This document shows positions 63,203 through 64,000 of a DNA stretch of 64,000 bases, piece after piece. Made by a program: the position numbers and the translations under genes. Each line of letters starts with the position of its first letter. Positions within the stretch are counted from its first letter, which is position 1. Source of the DNA: Girardia tigrina (taxonomy: Eukaryota); NCBI GenBank assembly GCA_001938485.1, contig MQRK01213793.1, positions 18,349 to 82,348 of the forward strand. Reading direction: 5' to 3'. The notes below the pieces were generated by a model. It worked only from the letters and a program-made list of their open reading frames with translations. It was not told the DNA's origin and made no database searches.

Positions 63203-64000
63203 GTTCATATTCATTTTTATTTTTATGTAGAAAGAAATATTTCGTGTGTACGAAATAATGGCAGTTTTTAAGGATTATTATTAAAATACATTATCTCAAT
63301 TTAGAGAAAAACTTTTAATGAAAATAAAAAACTATAATCTATACATGTTTGCTATCGAGTTACAAGTTTATATATTCCAGTTATGGAGATGATTATTTTT
63401 TTAAAACCCTGCGAGCTGATTATTGATTTGTAAAGATTTCTTCCCGAAAAAAGTTTTCTAAATATTTAAAAATGTGACATGAGATCAGACGTAGTACAGA
63501 AGAATAGATCCTTTTCTATTGACTAATGTTGGACGCTGAAGTTACAATTTTTAATGCGCTTCCTTTATTTGGTGACAGTTCTTCTATGATATTACAGTTT
63601 TCCCAGGATATAGGAAATAATAGTTGACCTGTTGTAGACAATCAAACAGTTACCATGACCTTTGTCTGTACACTGCACAATAATGTATCCATTATAAGAT
63701 TTATCAATTGTTATAACTAGAGCACGGAATTTAATGACCTTAAAAATCAAAAATAAAATTATTTATAAAATTAATTGAGAGTTTTTTTCTGATTTTCAAG
63801 TTTGCACATCGAGAATTGTAAGAAAAGAATCTTTAAACTTTTATGAACGAATCGTTTCAGTATATGAAATAGGATAGACATGAATAACTGATATAACTTT
63901 TATATTTTCAAGATAGTAGTTATACGAAATAAATATTAGGAACATATGTAGTTTCTTGCATAATAATCATTTTTATCGTTCTAATCTGCGGATTATTTTT

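Noticed and set aside
1-64000. CRISPR arrays, operons, tRNA/rRNA genes; most short ORFs and ORFs running through N gaps
   Set aside because: The sequence is spliced eukaryotic DNA with no repeat-spacer array or recognisable RNA gene. Short ORFs are AT-rich noise, antisense shadows of TE genes, or gap artefacts.

Overview
Very AT-rich eukaryotic (metazoan) genomic DNA with several assembly gaps. The repeat content (Ulp1-bearing NeSL/LIN-type retrotransposon, many mariners, Gypsy solo LTRs) is compatible with a planarian-like flatworm, but that is inference only. The main host gene is a spliced RBR E3 ubiquitin ligase of the RNF19A/B (Dorfin) family on the + strand. I can join six phase-compatible exons (15734-15941, 32016-32371, 36621-36754, 43022-43485, 50852-50993, 63040-63202) encoding RING1-IBR-RING2 and the first hydrophobic segment; the gene runs off the right edge. 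Three intronless ORFs of unknown function are present: 4064-4609 (+), 13657-14829 (-, divergent from the RNF19-like gene) and 57816-58331 (-, nested in intron 5). The rest is mostly decayed transposons: Gypsy, mariner, rosa/Visitor-like, hAT, piggyBac and pogo MITEs, RTE, NeSL-like, Penelope and Chapaev remnants. The most unusual structures are: (1) a gag-protease element bounded by INVERTED LTR-like ends with a 5-bp target-site duplication; (2) a foldback MITE whose arms are built from a Gypsy PPT/LTR junction; (3) a ~430-bp inverted LTR pair bracketing the RING1 exon; (4) a tandem array that multiplies the exon-1 splice donor. All calls were made by eye; no searches were run.
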